64,000 bases of DNA, from NCBI GenBank assembly GCA_031401135.1, contig JANNRF010000345.1, positions 729 through 64,728 of the forward strand. Direction: 5' to 3'. The stretch is from Deltaproteobacteria bacterium (GTDB taxonomy: Bacteria > Myxococcota_A > UBA9160 > UBA6930). The position numbers and the translations under genes are program-made. Below, one piece after another: positions 62,781 through 64,000 of the stretch. The notes under the pieces were generated by a model that saw only the letters and a list, made by a program, of their open reading frames with translations, was not told the DNA's origin and did no database searches. Each line of letters opens with the position of its first letter. The stretch's first letter is position 1.

Positions 62781-64000
62781 ATGCCCGACCCGCGCCCACT
62801 TCGTTTCGCAATCATCGGCGCCGGCATGGCTGGCGTGCTCGCGGCCATCAAGCTGCGCGAGGCCGGCTACGACGATTTCGCGGTCTACGAGAAGGGCGCT
62901 TCGGTCGGCGGCACCTGGCGCGAGAACACCTATCCGGGGCTCTCCTGCGACGTGCCCTCGCACATCTACAGCTACGCGTTCGAGCCGAACCCCGAATGGA
63001 GCCACCGCTTCTCGCCCGGCGCCGAGATCCGCGAATACTTCGAGGGCGTCGCGCGCAAGTATGAAGTGCTGCCGCGCATCCGCTTCAACACCGAGATTGC
63101 GCGGCTCGAGTTCTCGGGCGGCCGCTGGCGCATCGAAACGAAGACGGGCGAGCGCGACGAAGCGGACGTCGTGATCGCCGCGACCGGCGTGCTGCATCAC
63201 CCGAACCTCCCGAAGATCGCGGGCGTCGATTCCTTCGCGGGCGCGTGCTTCCACAGCGCGCGTTGGGACCACTCGGTCCCGCTCGATGGCAAGCGCATCG
63301 GCGTGATTGGCACCGGCTCAACCGCGATCCAGATGACCGGCGCGCTCGTGCCGCGCGCAGCGAAGTACTCCTTGTTTCAGCGCACCGCGCAGTGGGTCGC
63401 GCCGCAAGAGAACCCCGCATACAGCGAGGACGAGAAGGCGACGCTGCGCGGGGATCGCAGTGCGCTGCAAACCCTCCACGTCGAGATGACGAAGACCTTC
63501 CACGAGACGTTCTCGAACGGCGTGGTCGACGCGAACTCCGAGCAGATGAAGGGGCTCGAGGCGGTCTGCCGCGCGCATCTCGAGGGAGCTGTCGCGGATC
63601 CGGCGCTGCGCGAGAAGCTGCGACCTAATTACAGAGCCGCGTGCAAGCGGTTGGTGATCTCGGGCGATTTCTATCCGGCGATCCAGAAGCCGAACGCCGA
63701 GCTCGTGACCGAAGCGATCGAGCGCATAGAGCCCGGCGGCGTGCGAACGCAAGACGGACGCCTCCACCAGCTCGACGTGCTCGTGCTCGCGACGGGCTTT
63801 CGCGTGGACCGCTTCATCCGCCCGATCGCGGTGACCGGGCGCGACGGCGTGAAGCTCAACGAGGTCTGGGCCGAGCGGCCGAACGCGTACCTCTCGGTCT
63901 CGATTCCGCGCTTCCCGAATTTGTTCATGCTGAACGGCCCGAACGGCCCGGTCGGAAACTTCTCCCTAATCACCATCGCCGACATGCAGCTCCACTACAT
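62781..64000 (+). CDS. Flavin-containing (BVMO/FMO-type) monooxygenase, 3'-partial at the window edge
   Basis: Not in the track because it has no stop within the window. ATG 62781. FAIIGAGMAGVLAA, GGTWRENTYPGLSCD, IGVIGTGSTAIQ. The frame is open to base 64000. Confidence 0.88.
   Translation, partial: MPDPRPLRFAIIGAGMAGVLAAIKLREAGYDDFAVYEKGASVGGTWRENTYPGLSCDVPSHIYSYAFEPNPEWSHRFSPGAEIREYFEGVARKYEVLPRIRFNTEIARLEFSGGRWRIETKTGERDEADVVIAATGVLHHPNLPKIAGVDSFAGACFHSARWDHSVPLDGKRIGVIGTGSTAIQMTGALVPRAAKYSLFQRTAQWVAPQENPAYSEDEKATLRGDRSALQTLHVEMTKTFHETFSNGVVDANSEQMKGLEAVCRAHLEGAVADPALREKLRPNYRAACKRLVISGDFYPAIQKPNAELVTEAIERIEPGGVRTQDGRLHQLDVLVLATGFRVDRFIRPIAVTGRDGVKLNEVWAERPNAYLSVSIPRFPNLFMLNGPNGPVGNFSLITIADMQLHY

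Noticed and set aside
1-64000. Genome-wide reassignment of UGA as an explanation for the two in-frame TGAs.
   Set aside because: TGA terminates many well-supported genes in the window (ends at 680, 10390, 14569, 15630, 16560, 24150 and the P450/BVMO overlaps). Only local recoding or mutation is therefore tenable.
1-64000. The apparent abundance of TTAGG/CCTAA pentamers, considered as a telomere-like or repeat signal.
   Set aside because: My hand count (about 45 on both strands) is close to a rough i.i.d. expectation (about 50). Only the longer words listed in the findings stand out.
1-64000. CRISPR arrays, tRNA/rRNA genes, prophage genes, integrases and transposases.
   Set aside because: I found no regularly spaced direct repeats, no T-loop/GTTCGAATC-type tRNA signatures and no recombinase-like ORFs while reading the window.

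Overview
The window is a high-GC (about 70% by eye) bacterial chromosomal segment, densely coding on both strands. I saw no rRNA, tRNA, CRISPR array, transposase or integrase. Gene content is dominated by lipid and xenobiotic oxidation and acyl-CoA chemistry. It includes family III CoA-transferases (one a fused double domain), an enoyl-CoA hydratase, two APH-type phosphotransferases, an LLM oxidoreductase, two SDRs, three P450s (one CYP51-like with its ferredoxin), two flavin monooxygenases, an epoxide-hydrolase-like protein, two beta-lactamase-family hydrolases, two sulfotransferases, and VOC and cupin proteins. Envelope functions are also present: AqpZ, a PlsC fusion, GpsA, an OprO/P-like porin, an ABC exporter, an EamA transporter, a GT2 glycosyltransferase, two tandem pilins and a tandem-95-repeat secreted protein. 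A higBA module is embedded in the metabolic genes. Pilin type and gene content suggest a Myxococcota, Deltaproteobacteria or Binatia-like lineage; this is inference only. Most long ORFs in the six-frame track are GC-composition artefacts, and I re-derived true starts by frame arithmetic. The main second-look items are: (1) a peroxiredoxin gene split in the ORF track by an in-frame TGA at the catalytic Cys position, followed by a bSECIS-like hairpin, so a probable selenoprotein; (2) a second in-frame TGA 5 kb downstream in a zinc-ribbon gene; (3) frame- and strand-independent over-representation of a few AT-rich words inside CDSs (TGATTACGG, TTGTTACGG, TTATCAGG, TTGTTGGGG), including identical 14-17-mers in unrelated genes; (4) a five-gene translationally coupled oxygenase operon (SDR, BVMO, frameshifted PhyH, CYP51, ferredoxin); (5) two uncharacterised gene cassettes (16.7-20.5 kb and 33.2-40.3 kb); (6) a small REP-like intergenic repeat family; (7) a probable CTG start, a gene lacking its expected stop codon, and a remnant pseudogene.
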